From contig MU054391.1 in NCBI GenBank assembly GCA_013239625.1, forward strand, positions 5,413,824-5,477,823: a DNA stretch of 64,000 nt. Reading direction: 5' to 3'. Shown here piece after piece: positions 1 through 13,224 of this stretch (positions within the stretch are counted from its first letter, which is position 1; each line of letters begins with the position of its first letter). The position numbers and the translations under genes are program-made. Under the pieces are notes generated by a model. It searched no databases, was not told where the DNA came from, and was given only the letters and a program-made list of their open reading frames with translations. Source of the DNA: Lama guanicoe. Taxonomy: Eukaryota.

Positions 1-202
1 TTAAAGAGAAAGAAAAGGAATGAATGCCAGCGCTCGCCTAATTAAAAGCCCGTCCTGTAAGATTTTTATTTTTCATGGGGTCACGTATGTCATTTTATTC
101 AGATATTAATGCTCCTTTCAGGGCTGGTCTAAGGATTAGTAAGTTTATCTTGCCCAGAAGTTAATGATTAGTCCTGTTTAATTTATGCCTCTCTGTTTAC
201 AG

Positions 203-252
203 GATCTGAAAAAGCCTTTTGATAAAGCTTGGAAGGACTATGAAACAAAAAT
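203..252 (+). CDS. ASAP2: ASAP2 exon ~5 (50 nt), BAR domain: DLKKPFDKAWKDYETK
   Basis: tttacag|GAT...AAAAT|gtgagt; phase 0 to 2. Confidence 0.96.
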
Positions 253-2639
253 GTGAGTGCTTTCATTTTAAAAAATAAGTGTAGGTAATTTGAGATTTGA
301 ATTTTAAATGGAGCTTTTATTGCGTAAAAGTATTGTCTAAATAAACCTTAATCCAGGAAAGAATTCACCCCAGACTGTGTTGCTGTGGTTTGTTACGATG
401 CCAGGTGCTTTCACACCCGGTGTGATGTAAACCTCTGTAACAGGGCTTTCGCCTCGTTCCTCCTGTTCTTTGAGGATGGCTACAGAGTGTTGCGTTCAGG
501 AAGGCTGATTGACTGCCGTGGGCTGACGTCAGGCAGTTGTTGTAACATTTCTGATCACAGCTTCTCATTTCTAGAATGGAGAGGATCGAGCTGGCTAGAA
601 TTGGGCTAGCGACCGTGGAGACAGTGGTTTCAATTATTTTAAATGTGTGAGAAATAGAAAATATTTTCAAATGCCTCGTGTTTGCTATGTAATTGTTGTA
701 CACTGGGTAATAATGAAGAGTTTTCTGAGTGGAAATAGAAACCTTTCTATGAATCCATCTGGTAAAGTTAGAATTGTTAAGAAGAAAGCGTTTTCAGACA
801 TAACAAGTATTTCACTGGGTTTGTTTTTACCAGCCATGGGTATCTGTTCCAAGTGGTGAAGGATCACAGGGCTCAAACCAAGGAACACGAGACCTCTGGG
901 ACTCATCCCTTCCTGGGAATCTTAAGTTCCCATACTCCAAATTCTGGAGTTCCACCAAGGGCCGACCTTTGTATATAAGCATAGGTAGAGTGTTAACCCA
1001 GAATACTTCGAAGGTCTGCTCAGCCCTAAGAGGCTCCAGACTTGCTGCCCCTGGCCGGCTAGCGTTCCGCACCCGTGCCAGTTCAGTGCAGTAAATGAGG
1101 AAAGGGTCCGCGTTCGTGCGTTACAGGTGGGAAACCTTGGCATTTTGCCGCTGGTCAGCCGTAAGAGACTGGCTGAGCCAAGGCCTGGCCATGGGTCTGC
1201 TGGCTTCATTCAGCCACTGTCGCTGCCACCCTCAAGGCCTTAGGGGAAATGCTTCTGTGTGTTTCTGAACCAACAACGAGAGGGTTTCTAAAGAGGATTG
1301 GTTCTGAAAGGAAAAGGTTTGAAGGGGAATGAGATCAAGTTCTGTAAAATCAAGACACACGTAAATACAGTGGGGACAGAATTACTCACAAAATCCCAGA
1401 ATCTGAGACCCAAAGAGCAGCACCATTTAAAACTCAAAAGTAATTCTGGGATAAAAATTACAAAGTAACTCTACCCATTAATATGTGATATTGATTTGTC
1501 CGGAGAGGCCCTGGACATGTAGCAGACAGGTTTAAGACATATTTAAAATTCCTGGCCTGGAGTCCTATACCTGAGCATTATGAGAGTGACCGATGTCTGG
1601 CCGTGTCTTGATCCCTTTGAGGGGGTGGCGGGGGAGCCTTGGAGTTGTGTGGTTGTCCCCAGGACCTCAGGGGCCTCCAGTCACACTCCCCACATCCCCC
1701 TCGGTGCATGAAGCCATTTAACAACATCCCCACCAAATGGTCACCTATTTTTAATGTTCTCACTCACCCACCCATTCAAGTTGTGGAGCATCTACTGTTG
1801 CCCAGTGCTGTGCTTCAAGATACAAAACAAGGATCAGAAACTAGATTTCTTGCCTCTTCTTAAATACCCCCTCCCCAAGTGATGGGGCCGCTGGCCCCAA
1901 AGTAACCCATTTCTTAGAAAGTCGTTCAGCTTTCTAGGAAATGCTGCCTTACGTTATGCAATGTCTGCCCTGAGGCACATCAGGGAAGTCTGCTCCCTTC
2001 TCTTCGGGCAACCTTCATGTTTTTGAGTGCTTTCTGTGGCTTTTATTTAGTCTTCTTTTCTCCAAAATAGAAACCCAGTTACAAGTTCAAGCCCTTCTTA
2101 CCTGATGTGATTCATGGCTGCCTCTCGCCCTGGTCACATGTCTCGCGATGTGCACCAGGGTCGGCTCGCACCCTGCCCCGCACACTTGACTAACAGTTGA
2201 GCATAAGATAAACACGGAAAGGGGGACAAAGCTTGCAAACAGAAAACGTCACTTGTCTCATTCTGCAGGATGAGCCCTGTCTGAGTCATGTCATCGCTAG
2301 CGAGGAGGAGACTGCATGAAGAGGGGTGGGGAGGGTGCTGGAGGAGAACCAGGAGGTCGGGCTGCCCCTGGCCGCCCTGCGGGCACTCAGACCAGAGTGC
2401 TGTCCCTGAAGGAAACCTCAGGGGCACAACCTCCTTTGACCCAGGCCAGGCCCAGCGTAGGTGCTTTGGAAGCATTTGATGAGTAGATACGCCACAAAAA
2501 GGGCGAAGATTGGCATTTTCCTCTCCAGTGGGTTAGAGGCCATCCGGCAAGCACTTGTCTCCAGGCCGGGGGCTGGGATCACGGCGAGACCGTGCTGTCC
2601 GGAGGTGTCTTGAGGTCTTCTTGCTTCTTTCCCATGTAG

Positions 2640-2769
2640 AACCAAGATAGAGAAGGAGAAGAAGGAGCACGCCAAGCTGCACGGGATGATCCGCACGGAG
2701 ATAAGCGGGGCCGAGATCGCGGAGGAGATGGAGAAGGAGCGCCGGTTCTTCCAGCTGCAGATGTGCGAG
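2640..2769 (+). CDS. ASAP2: ASAP2 exon ~6 (130 nt), BAR: (I)TKIEKEKKEHAKLHGMIRTEISGAEIAEEMEKERRFFQLQMCE
   Basis: catgtag|A...GAG|gtgggc; phase 2 to 0. Confidence 0.96.
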
Positions 2770-3619
2770 GTGGGCCGCCTGCCCCGGGGCTGCCGAGGGA
2801 ACACCAAACGCCTCACTGCAAGCTAGCTAGACTACTCCCCCCTTAGGTGGTTTTTGATGAGGGGTGTGGGTTCCCTTGTACCAGCGGAATCCGAGCCGGG
2901 GAGGGGCAGTGAGACGTCAGCTGTGGTCCCGCCACTGAGAGCCTTGAGAGCTGGTTCTGGGAAGCCAAGCCACCTGCCCCTGGAAGTGCTGCCACACCAG
3001 TTCCACCTGCTCACAGTCGGAATGCTCATCAAGCCAGAGGCCCAGGTGCCCAGGGGAGGCCCTCTGTGCACTCCACCTGCAGCCTGAGGCCTTGCCTTGG
3101 GGAGGGGAAGATGGCAGAAACTCAAAACGTTTCTCTACTGGAGGCTTAGGGATGGAAAGCATCGAAGGCCAGTGATGCAGGCCTCTGCTTCCAGCCCTTT
3201 TCCGCCTTGCTTGTGAGTCTGTAGAAACAGCTTGTGGAAGCAGTTCCCCACCTCTGCCTGAGAGCTCGCTCCTCCTGGCTGTGACGGCAAAGCCCCTTGT
3301 GCACAGTGGCATCTGTTTCCCCCTGTGGCTGCGCAGACTTGTGTCCTAAGTGTACACGATGCAGGGCGCTATTTGTGACATGTGCTGAGACCGCGTTCGG
3401 CCGGCTCTTGAGTCCCTGTAAGCGTCAACAGCGAAGCTAATCGTAAAGCACCTTCTGATTTTGGAATGTTTGTTAATTTGTTAATTATAGCAGGAGCTTA
3501 GTCTTTATAGATGCGTATCTTAGGAGTGTATTTAAATCAGTTTTTATTTTCAGAGCAAACTCCTAAGCAATAAGCAGAGAGTCAGTCCCAGGGGTCTAGG
3601 CTCTCATATTTGTCTAACT

Positions 3620-3930
3620 GGACAGCCGCTCCCACTCTCTTATGGTTTCTGTTTGCATGGGATTTCCCGCCAGCCTTTTACTTTCAGCCTATGTGTATCT
3701 TTGGATCTAAAGTGTATTTCCTGTAGACAATCTGTATTTGGGTCAGGTTTTTTTTTAATCTAGTCTGACAACCTCTGCCTTTTGATGGGATTGTTAAATC
3801 ATCCACATTGGTTGTTAGTATTGATGTGGTTGGATTTATGTCTTTTCTTTTGGTGTTTTTTTCATGTCTTACGTCTTTTTTGTTCCTCTGTCCCTCCTTT
3901 GCTGCTTTGTTTTTCATTACATGGATATTT
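3620..3930 (-). mobile_element. Old LINE-1 fragment (start of ORF2 endonuclease region), degenerate
   Basis: Minus-strand translation (TSILTTNVDDLTIP... in ORF 3684..4004) resembles the L1 ORF2 N-terminus (ITLNVNGLN); boundaries approximate. Confidence 0.7.
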
Positions 3931-5279
3931 AGAAAGTTAATTAAGCTCAAAGAGATAGGAGAGTGGATGTTTTTATACAAATGCTGTTTTAGAGACAGAC
4001 TCACATAAAATACCTGCCCTGGCCTGTTTCACGCAGTGTCGGAGAAGCCAGCCCGGAAGCAGGAGGCAGGGACAAGGAGGCCGCTGTGTGTTACACAAAC
4101 ACAGCGTGTTGGTTTTGTTCAGTCGGGGTAAAATTAAGTAGTAGTGTTTCACAGAGAGTGGGTTTAGAAAGCGTGTGTGTGTGAGTTCAGGCTGTGCTCT
4201 CTTTTGGGCTAATAAGGAGGGAGTCTGTTGACCTAAACTCTACAGCACTGCTTGTTAAAGGACGTTCAGTGACTGAGACTCAGCCAGCGTGTTACTGGCT
4301 TACACTGGAAGTGAAGGGTGCCGGTTCCAGCCTCAGCAGTCTCATTGCTTTCTGGGGTGTGCACCCAGCACGAGGGGTTTTTCCTCAGCTGGGTGAATAG
4401 GTTGTGTGGACTCGTAGGGTGGTTTATCTCATTGGAGATACGCTGTCTAGCCGATGCCTCTAAGTCATACCTGCGGGCCGTCTGTGGGGTGGGTCCCCAA
4501 ATGGTTGTTGGGCCCCAGTCTGTGCCGAGCGTCACGGGTCCCTGCCTCTGCAGAGCTGCCGGCCAGTGGGTCAGGCGCTGAGTGCAGGCGCGGAAGCAGG
4601 GGTGGGGTGGGCCGGTGGTGGGGGTGGAGTTCCCAGAGGAGGGCCCGTCTGATGAAGGATGTAGACGTTGGCCAAACAGACCTGGGCTGGAGAGGGCGAG
4701 AGGGAGCATCTGAAAAGCAGATCCCGAGAACCTCACGCCCTGGAGTGAACAGATGGTCGTGGTTAAAATCACTAAATTGTCCAACTGTTTGCCCAAACTG
4801 AAGTTCTCAAGTTTTGTAAATACTTGATGTTGTTTAGGTGTTTAAATTTTCAGTTGCCTAGTATCTAATATAGAAAAGCGACTTTCAGGTGTTTATTTTA
4901 AAGCTGTGGGACTTCTTCTTCAAAAGGAATTTTGCAGAGAACTTCGGTATGCCAAATAGTAATACAGAGCTTTTGTGAATCGAGAAGGTATGAGAGACCT
5001 GCTCTTGCTTTTTTATGATTATAAAAATATGTGCTTTAAAAAATTGGTCAGTATATATGTGTGTGTGTGCATGTGTGTATGTATGTGCTTACATATAAAA
5101 GACATTAAAAGTCACCCCAAATTGTACTTACTAAAAGATGACCGCTTTGCCCTATAGTTCAGCGTCTTTCAGGTGTCCCTAGTCTGCATAAACAAAAACA
5201 GTTGTAGAACCAGGGTCACCTGCTGCTGCTGTCTCGTAGCCTGATCATTTTACTCACTGCTGTGCCCCAGACTTCTTCC

Positions 5280-5540
5280 GTGTCAGAAAGTCTCTGCTTT
5301 GGCGGCCTAATGGCCGCATGGCATTTTTTTGTATGGGTGCCCCGTACTTTAATTCCCTATTCATTCCGTTTGGGTTGTTGCCATTTTTCACTTTTACAAA
5401 CAGCTCTGCAGTGAACCTCCTTTTCTATTCATCTTTGTAAACGTTTGTGATTATCTTCTTAGGATAAGTTCCGGTAAGTAGAATTTCTAGGTCAAAGGGT
5501 ATGTGCATTTTAATGTTTGACGCATGGCCAAGCATCTTAT
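5280..5540 (-). mobile_element. Old LINE-1 (L1M) fragment
   Basis: ttaggataagttcc...tagaatttctaggtcaaagggtatgtgcatttt resembles antisense L1M ORF2 3' region; approximate. Confidence 0.55.
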
Positions 5541-6489
5541 TAACCATTTAACTATTTTGATACTTTACCAAACATCTTACTCAGTTAATGAATTAGTACC
5601 AAAAAGGAGGCGATGATGACAGAAAGGCAACTGATATAGGCCGGGGGAGAGCTTGTCGTGGCCTCTTCAGAGCAGCTTCCCTCCCAGGCCTGGGCTGCCC
5701 AGCCCGCCCGGGAGGACCTTGAGCGTGAGTCTGCCAGGTGACAGCGGAGATGCCTGTGGTCAGCGGAGGTCCGCAGCTCTTTCGGGGCATTCGGTCCTTG
5801 GGGTGACATGTTCTCAGGGTTGTTTATACCCTGTCCCAACAGTGGAGGGGAGAGGGAATTTATGAAGTCTGTGTTCTGTGTCGTCTTTTAGCAAAGAACA
5901 AATGTATTTCCTGATGCTTGTTTTGTGGGTCCCTGGGGCTTCCTGATGCCTCAGTGGTTGTTAATGAATTCTCCAAGTTAAAAATGGCTTTCATTTATTT
6001 GAATTTAAAATATGATTTTTTATGGCAATCACAACTTTTTTAAGTGTCTTAGTACGAGACACATGGAGCAAAGTCTCAACTACAAAAGATTAGCAGTTAG
6101 TGTTTAGACAATGACCTGCTGAAAGAAAGGGACCTGGGACAGAATATGCAGGCAGGAATGTTCATGGTGGTTAGAAACCCCTTGATCCTAGCCACCCTCC
6201 GTCTTCTGTGCAGCTACGGTGATAGTTTCTCCTCACTGGGTGAGACAGAATGTTTTATTACTAGGAGTCCTGGGTGCTTGAAGTTAAGCGTTTAATTACC
6301 TGTATGTCAAATAATTCATACGGCACGAAAGCTAAAAGAAACATTTAGGCAAATGGTGTTTAGAAAATATTAAGCACCTGCCATAGCTCTACCCAGTACA
6401 AAGTGTCGGAGAAGTGGGAGAGGTGATCTGTCCTCAGAAGCTCATATTCTGCTTGTTATCTGTGACATTTCTTGTTTTTTTTTTAACAG

Positions 6490-6575
6490 TATCTGCTGAA
6501 GGTCAATGAAATTAAGATTAAAAAGGGAGTGGATTTACTTCAGAATCTGATCAAATATTTTCATGCCCAATGCAA
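6490..6575 (+). CDS. ASAP2: ASAP2 exon ~7 (86 nt), BAR: YLLKVNEIKIKKGVDLLQNLIKYFHAQC
   Basis: poly-T...aacag|TAT...TGCAA|gtaagt; phase 0 to 2. Confidence 0.96.
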
Positions 6576-6689
6576 GTAAGTTATGATGTTATTTCTTCGT
6601 TACAATGTTATTTCAGATGTTTCTCTCTTTATGGCAACCTCTGGGAGATCTGTAGTATCGTGCTGAAAGTAAACACTTACTTAGAATCC

Positions 6690-7020
6690 GTAGGAAAAGG
6701 AATGAAACAGGGATACGTGCTATATAACATGGATGAACCTTGGAAACATGTTAACTGAAAGAAGCCATAAACCAAAGGCCACAGACTGGAGGATTCCAGT
6801 TAATCGAAAGGTCAGGAACAGGCAGATCCACAGAGACAGAAAGCAGAGGAGCGGGGAGCAGGGAGGGCGAATTACTGCTGATGGGCAATGGAAATATTCT
6901 GGAACTAGACAGGGCTGATGATAACCCAACTGTGTGAATATGCTAAAAAGCACTGGATTGTGCACTTTTAAAGGGTGAGTCTTATGGTTTGAGAGTATCT
7001 CAAAAACTAAAAGTAATATA
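6690..7020 (+). mobile_element. L1MB-like 3' end
   Basis: aaaggaatgaa...acatggatgaaccttggaaacat...gaaagaagcca...gattgtgcacttttaaagggtgag then A-rich end. Confidence 0.8.
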
Positions 7021-7154
7021 AAAATCTAATTATCAAATATATTTATTTTTGCTTTTTTTAATAAAAAGGCAAACTGGTTTGATTCTCAGATGTTTTTTAT
7101 TTGTTAAAAGGGGAATGGGATGGTGTTAATGCAGTGTCTTAAATTAAAAGAGCA

Positions 7155-7288
7155 GGGAGGGTATAACTCAGTGGTAGAGTGTGCACTTAGCATGCATGAG
7201 GTCCTGGGTTCAATCCCTGGTACCTCCATCAAAATAAGTAAATAAACCTAATTACCCCCCCAAAAAATAAAAAATAAATAAATAAAAA
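7155..7288 (+). mobile_element. tRNA-derived SINE, camelid vic-1-like
   Basis: gggagggtataactcagtggtagag (A box 7164-7174), ggttcaatcc (B box 7207-7216), aaataaacctaattacccc, (A/AAAT)n tail; imperfect aaaaga-type flanks. Confidence 0.85.
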
Positions 7289-7524
7289 GAATACTTCCAT
7301 ATATACTTACCCTGTAAAGCAAATGACAGTGCTGAGCAAAAGGGGCTGTACGTGGAACAGAAGGAGAAACTTCCACGTTCGGGGCTGTTCACGTACTCAA
7401 CTTCGCCGTGTCCACCAGCCCCTCACAACCTGGGCCTCATCCCTCGGCCTGATTGCCTTTCTACTCCCCTCCTCCTTCTGCTCCCAGACCTCCAGGTGCT
7501 ACTAGAAACAGGCCGCGGACTCAT

Positions 7525-8060
7525 TCACTGCCTTTGTTGAGAGCGTGCTGGGTGTCAGGCAGCGTCCTGGATGCTGGAGACCCGGTGATGTACGTCACGG
7601 GCACAGTTCCTGCTGGAATCAAGCGGGGCTTCGGCCGGCACGCTTACCATCAGACGTTTGACAAAGCGTCCCGGAGCAGAGGAGTCTAATGAAGAGTATA
7701 AAATAGAAGGACCAAATTTAGATAGAGGTTGAGGGCAGAGATATTTTTCTTTTTTCTGTTTTGTTCCTTGCTGGGTTTTCTGGCAGCCAGAACAAAGTAC
7801 CTGGCGCGCGGTTGGTACTCAGTTCTTGAATCAGCTGCAGGCCTCTTGGAGGAGACGTATTCTGAGACCTGAAGGATGCGGAGGAGCTAGCAGATAAGGA
7901 GCAGGGGAAGAGCTTTCCAGGCAGGCAGGGTTGAGGCAGGAAGAAGGTCATTGTGATGGACACATGGTGAGCAAAATGAAACTGCATGGAAAAGCCTGAG
8001 ACATGGGCGGCCTTGGAAGTCTCAGTAAAGGCAATAGATTTTATCCAAGACGTGTTGGGA
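7525..8060 (-). mobile_element. L2 fragments
   Basis: tgttgagagcg...gtgtcaggcagcgtcctggatgctggaga; tgagacctgaaggatg...tttccaggcagg; typical antisense L2 phrases; approximate. Confidence 0.55.
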
Positions 8061-11000
8061 AGCCCCCGAAAAGTTTTAAGTGGAGGATGCATTCAGCCAG
8101 TGCTGATGGAGCTCTTACTACACACCGGGTGCCGTGTGACGTTCCGGTGATACAGGAAGAAGGAAACCAAGTTCCTGCAGGCTGGGACCTTCGGCAGGGA
8201 CGGGAGGCAGATGCAGGCCTGTGCGTGAGAGTGTGACCGAACCAGGGAGTGGCTGTGCGTGGGCAGCGGTGCTGATGGGAAACATCAGGAAGCCCCTCCC
8301 ATCCCATCTCCGTCTTAACAGGACTGCTCTGTGTCTGGAAGGAGCCACACAGGACAGGAGTGGGTGTGTGATCACTCAGGGACGCGGGTGCAGTCCTAGC
8401 GCAGCTGGAGATGTGACCGGGCCCAGGCTCTGACTGCACAGGTGGAGGGCATGGGGTGATGTGGGCACTCTGGAGGTGCTGGTGCCACCTGTGTCCCCCT
8501 GCCTTGCCTTCAACAGGCCATGCCTCGTGCTGATGTTCCCTCACACACTTTGTTCCTTTTGCCTTGAACGTGACCGTGCCTTCCCACAGCCTTTGTCCCT
8601 CCCTGAGACCCAGCTCAGGTCCAGCTGCTGCTCTGAAGTCGAGTTGCTCTCCCCCTGGAGTTACTTCCCTTTCTTCTTCTTACCACTGTATTCTCTACAC
8701 ATCCCGCGATGGCATCTTTCATGTTGTGTTGTGTCTCCCGCTGAACTGCATCCTCTTTAAGGATGTCCTCCATGACATTTATTTTTTAGTCTCTAGCACA
8801 TGGCGTGTTTACCTGGCACGTATTTGCAGTGGTGAATTGCACTGTTGAATTGGACGGAGCTGTGCTTTGCAAGTCTTAATACATCTCTGGCGACACTGCA
8901 TTTCTAAAGCAGTGGCAATCCAACAGCAAAGGAAGATGTGCTGGGTTAAAAGAAGAGCCCCACGCTTGGGAGAACAGTCTCAGGGAATAGAAAGACCCCT
9001 CATTTGTCGAATTTTTAAGGTGAATTCTTCTGCAGAGACTCCAAATCCTAACTGTGTGATTAACACACAGATTCCTTCTTCAGTCTTACCCTTGTAGCTT
9101 TATGTGAGGCCGTTTAGGAAGCGGGTTGCTTCCTTGCTGATATTTTATTTTTAAGAAGTTATTCTGGGATTTCCTTTTTTTCTTTATTTTGCCCAAACTG
9201 ATTTGTTGGGTAGCAACAGACCACTTGTGGAAAAGTGAACTTAGTTGGCCTTTTATGGGCATGAGCTCAGTAACCTTTAAAAATGATGAATCTTCCATTA
9301 CTTCCTTTTTGGATGAGTTTGCATGTGTGTGTACGTACTGCAGGCTCTTCAAATCATTTGAACAGCTTTGACTTTTAAGTGCACATTTTGGAGGATAGAA
9401 TGTGGAGCCTGAGTGATTCAGCCATTGGACAAGGAGCCCGTGGCCATGCGTGTGTTTAACCACCTGCAGGCCCTGCGCGTCCCCACTTAGCATCCTCAGT
9501 CTCCACTTCTCGCCCTGGAAGCACAGCTGTGACCTGGCGACGGTGGCCCAGGGGGCAGAGGCTGCCTGCTGACCGGTGCTGCTGGTCTCTGCAGGTTTCC
9601 ACCAACGGGCCTCCGTGGAAACCAGATTCTGTGGAACCATGTTTGGGTGTTCACGCTTAGAACTGCTTAGATAGACATTATTTTGCTTTTGACTCCTTTT
9701 TGCTTTTCACTGGAGGCATTCTTGAAGAGTACCTCATGTTCTATGTCTTACTTCTTTCAAGGAAAGAATTGGCGTCTCTAGTTCCTGGAATAGCCTGGAA
9801 AATGTATCTTACTAGCCTTTGCTGCGGAAGATTGAGGACTCTATTCTCCAGTGAAACCTAGAAATAGAGCAGTCTTTAAAACAATAATGAAACAAAAGCG
9901 ATTTTCTACACAGTGGTAATGAGTGTTGAAGTGACTTGTTCTTTAATGAGAAGATACCTGCTGGGAACCACTGTGACCAGCTGCTGCCTGGAGCTTGGGA
10001 TGCGGGTCCAGCGCCCTGGAGAAGTTCACCCCAGTGGCCTTCACGGTGGGGCTGTTGTGCAGGCTTGTCAGGAGGAGGGAGAGGCCACCCTGCTTGGTGG
10101 GCACTTGAAGGTTGAATCTCAGTGGGTATGTTTTAAAGGCTGGAGAATTTGATTAGGTAGGCTAGAAAACATTTGATAAAAAGCAAAATTTGATATTTGG
10201 GAATACTGATGGTAAATCTTATTTTGACTGAAGCTTGAGAAAGTGTTAACAAGCTTAACCTTAGGAAAATGTGCTAGGAGTTTGTCCTGAGGAACGTTGC
10301 GGTGACAGCAGTCCGCGAAGGGGCCCCTTCTTTGGAGGCTTTTCCTAAGGCCAGAGAAGGTCTACAAACACGCCTCAGTAAGGAGGGCGCAGGAAGACAG
10401 GAGTTTTGAAAATCAGAGGGAGGACGTTTTTTAGGTAGATGGTCAAGATTGACTAGACTTTTACAAAAATGAAATCCAACATCTTTTATCTTTATTCCAA
10501 GCACACCGGCCAGTGTCACGATGGAAACGACCTCTGTGACAAGAAACACCTCTCTGAGCACCTGACTTCACTGCAAGACGCTGTCTTGCTTGGGTGGGGG
10601 GCGGGGGCAGTTTCCAGGCACAGAGATCCTGGAGCTGAGCACCTGCTTCCTTTCCCAGGAGCAGGGCCGCTTCTCTGCTGATCTTTGCTATTTTTCCTAC
10701 TCCCTCTTCTGTGTTCTTTCCCCACCCCCAACCCCTATCTATATTACAAGAATTTGAATTGATTGATAAAATAGTTGTAAAAGAAAAAAATACAGGAACA
10801 AAATATAGGAACCAAATGAGTTCATGATAAGAGGAAAAGCTCGATTTCTCATTCCTGTGTTTGTTCTTCGCAGTTTCCTTTTCAGTTTAAAATTGCTGCT
10901 GCGTGTTGGCCATTGTGCTGGGGAGTGGAAAACACGGAGACGCGTAGGACATGGCATTTCTGCCCGAACGGTGGAGACAGACATGTGAAAATATCATTAT

Positions 11001-11414
11001 AATGCTGACCTACTGCTGTACCAGAAGCGTACTCTATACATAGGGGGAAAAATGAGCCAGGCAAAACACAGGAATGAGAATATAAAGTGAAAATTACACT
11101 TACATCTGAAGGCCAGAAATTCTAATGGCCCAGCCTCTGTGATTCCTAATAACTAAGTAGTAATGGTTTGTGACCCACATCCTGTGTGTGTGTTTTCTCC
11201 TTCCTCCTTGGAGGTACTGTGCTAACTGTCACACTGCATTGGTTTTCCAGCCCCTCCTATTTATTGCATACTTAATATGGGAAATTCCCCCAGGATTATT
11301 GCTGAGTTTAAAAGAAGTAAACATGTGAACCCCAGATCATTTTCTGAAAATAGTCTCCTTTGATACCCAGTAAACTGGCAGAAGTTGGAGACTGCCCTTC
11401 CTCCCTTCATTAAT

Positions 11415-11930
11415 TTTTCCATTCAGTGAATATTGTGCTCGAAATGTGCCAGGTGTTGTGGATACTGTGACCTTACCTTCCTAGAACTTAAGACCTACTG
11501 AGGGAATTATGTTTTCAATAATTACAGCACTGAATACGTAATGGCAGTTGTGGTGAGTGTTTTGAAGCCAGAGACAGAATGCTGTGAGGAAATCTGGCAA
11601 GGAAACCTCTTTGAAGGGAGGAGGGTCGTGGCATAGCCCCCGATGAGTCCGTATGTAACTTAAAACTTAAAGCTGGAGGAGTGAGTGGTCACGAGCCAGG
11701 CAACATAGTTGGTAGGCTATGAGGAGAACTCTTCAGAGGGAAGAAACAGCATGTGCAAAGGGCCTGAGGCAAGGAGGATTTGGTGGCCATAGAGGAACAG
11801 AGAAAAGGCCAGTGTATCTGGAACCAAATGAATAAAGGGGGCAAATGGTGTGGATTGAAACTTGGAGACACAGGCAGGGGCCAAACCATACAGGCATTAT
11901 GGGTCTTGTTACAAGCCTCCTAAGCTGGGT
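11415..11930 (-). mobile_element. L2 fragment
   Basis: cattcagtgaatatt...tgtgccagg; agcatgtgcaaagggcctgaggca; approximate. Confidence 0.6.
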
Positions 11931-12619
11931 AGGAGCATTTTCTTCATTCCTTTCAAAAGGGTTATACACAACACGCTTCAGAGGAGTGCTGAACGTCAGC
12001 CCGCTGTTGCTGCAGGAAAGACACATCTAGCCTCTGTTGAATTTCCTGAGCCATTTGTTATCAATGACTTCACAAGCAGAGTTCTGAGCATTAAAAATAA
12101 AAAGCTCCTTTTGATATTCAGTCTCAACCGCATCTCCCCACTCTGCTCATGGGGCGGGGCCATTCGTGTGCATCAGGCTGGCTTGCTTTCCTCCTGCATT
12201 CTTGCCCTTTTCCACGGAACTGTCGCCTGGCAAGGAAAATACTGTCTTGTTTTTGTGTGCACCCCATGCTTTCCTGGCCACAGGCTCTTCCGCTCCTAAC
12301 CAGAACCTTTGCTGCCATTTGTCAGTAGGGTCCTGTCTCCCATTATAAATGGAAAATTTAGGGCTTATTTTATATGAGTCAAGAAAAATCACAAATACTA
12401 GGCTTCTTCCAGGTCCTTCTCAGTTTGCTTCTCATAGTTTTGAGTGTCACTTTACTCTTGGGTTGCCTAATATTTTAAGACTTGGTTCCTAGTCTTTTCC
12501 CCCAGGAATTACATAATAATCTCAGTCATTTCTTTTAAAGAAGATTTTTTCTCCATCTAACAAAATTGTTTTCTCTTTTATGAAAGACAATTATCTATGT
12601 TTCTTCTTTTTCCTTCTAG

Positions 12620-12695
12620 TTTTTTCCAGGATGGACTGAAAGCAGTTGAAAGCCTCAAACCTTCCATTGAAACACTTTCAACAGATCTTCACACA
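12620..12695 (+). CDS. ASAP2: ASAP2 exon ~8 (76 nt): (N)FFQDGLKAVESLKPSIETLSTDLHT
   Basis: ccttctag|T...CACACA|gtaagt; phase 2 to 0. Confidence 0.95.
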
Positions 12696-12964
12696 GTAAG
12701 TACTTTCCCTCCCACGTGAGTGTTGAAATGGTTTTTATGCAGCAAACTCTCTGACTTAAATGTTGCTTCTGTGTAATCTTGTGTTTGCATGCTGGCTACC
12801 CAGAAAGCGACAGCCCCACAGAGCCCCGCTCCGCCCTCAGTCCTGGTTGGGGGAAGGTTGGACCAGTGTCGGAGGTGTTCATTGCGTTTTTGGGGAAATG
12901 CGCTGTGAACTCCAGCATCTCACTGTACCTTGGTCGTACTTTTCTCTGTTTTGTGTTTTCCAAG

Positions 12965-13051
12965 ATCAAACAGGCCCAAGATGAAGAAAGAAGGCAGTTG
13001 ATACAGCTTCGAGATATTTTAAAATCAGCATTGCAGGTTGAGCAGAAAGAG
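12965..13051 (+). CDS. ASAP2: ASAP2 exon ~9 (87 nt): IKQAQDEERRQLIQLRDILKSALQVEQKE
   Basis: ttttccaag|ATC...GAG|gtgagg; also visible inside ORF 12779..13102. Confidence 0.96.
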
Positions 13052-13224
13052 GTGAGGGGATTTAATTTTGAAGGACTGCTAATCTTGTATTTTCACCCCT
13101 AAGTCTCCGGGGCTCTGGGGCTGAGGAGGTGAGATCTTGGTCTTCCAGGTGCTCAGGTCACTCGCAACGCTGAGACATTTAGTTTTGTTCTTTAAGTCGG
13201 TTTTATAAAGCCATCTTTTTAAAT

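Noticed and set aside
7155-7230. Functional tRNA gene
   Set aside because: Degenerate A box and stems, followed by a SINE body and A-rich tail rather than a T-run terminator.
12620-12629. Stronger-looking acceptor ttttttccag at 12628-12629
   Set aside because: Using it shifts the frame by 10 nt and loses the conserved NFFQDG; the upstream TAG fits phase and homology.
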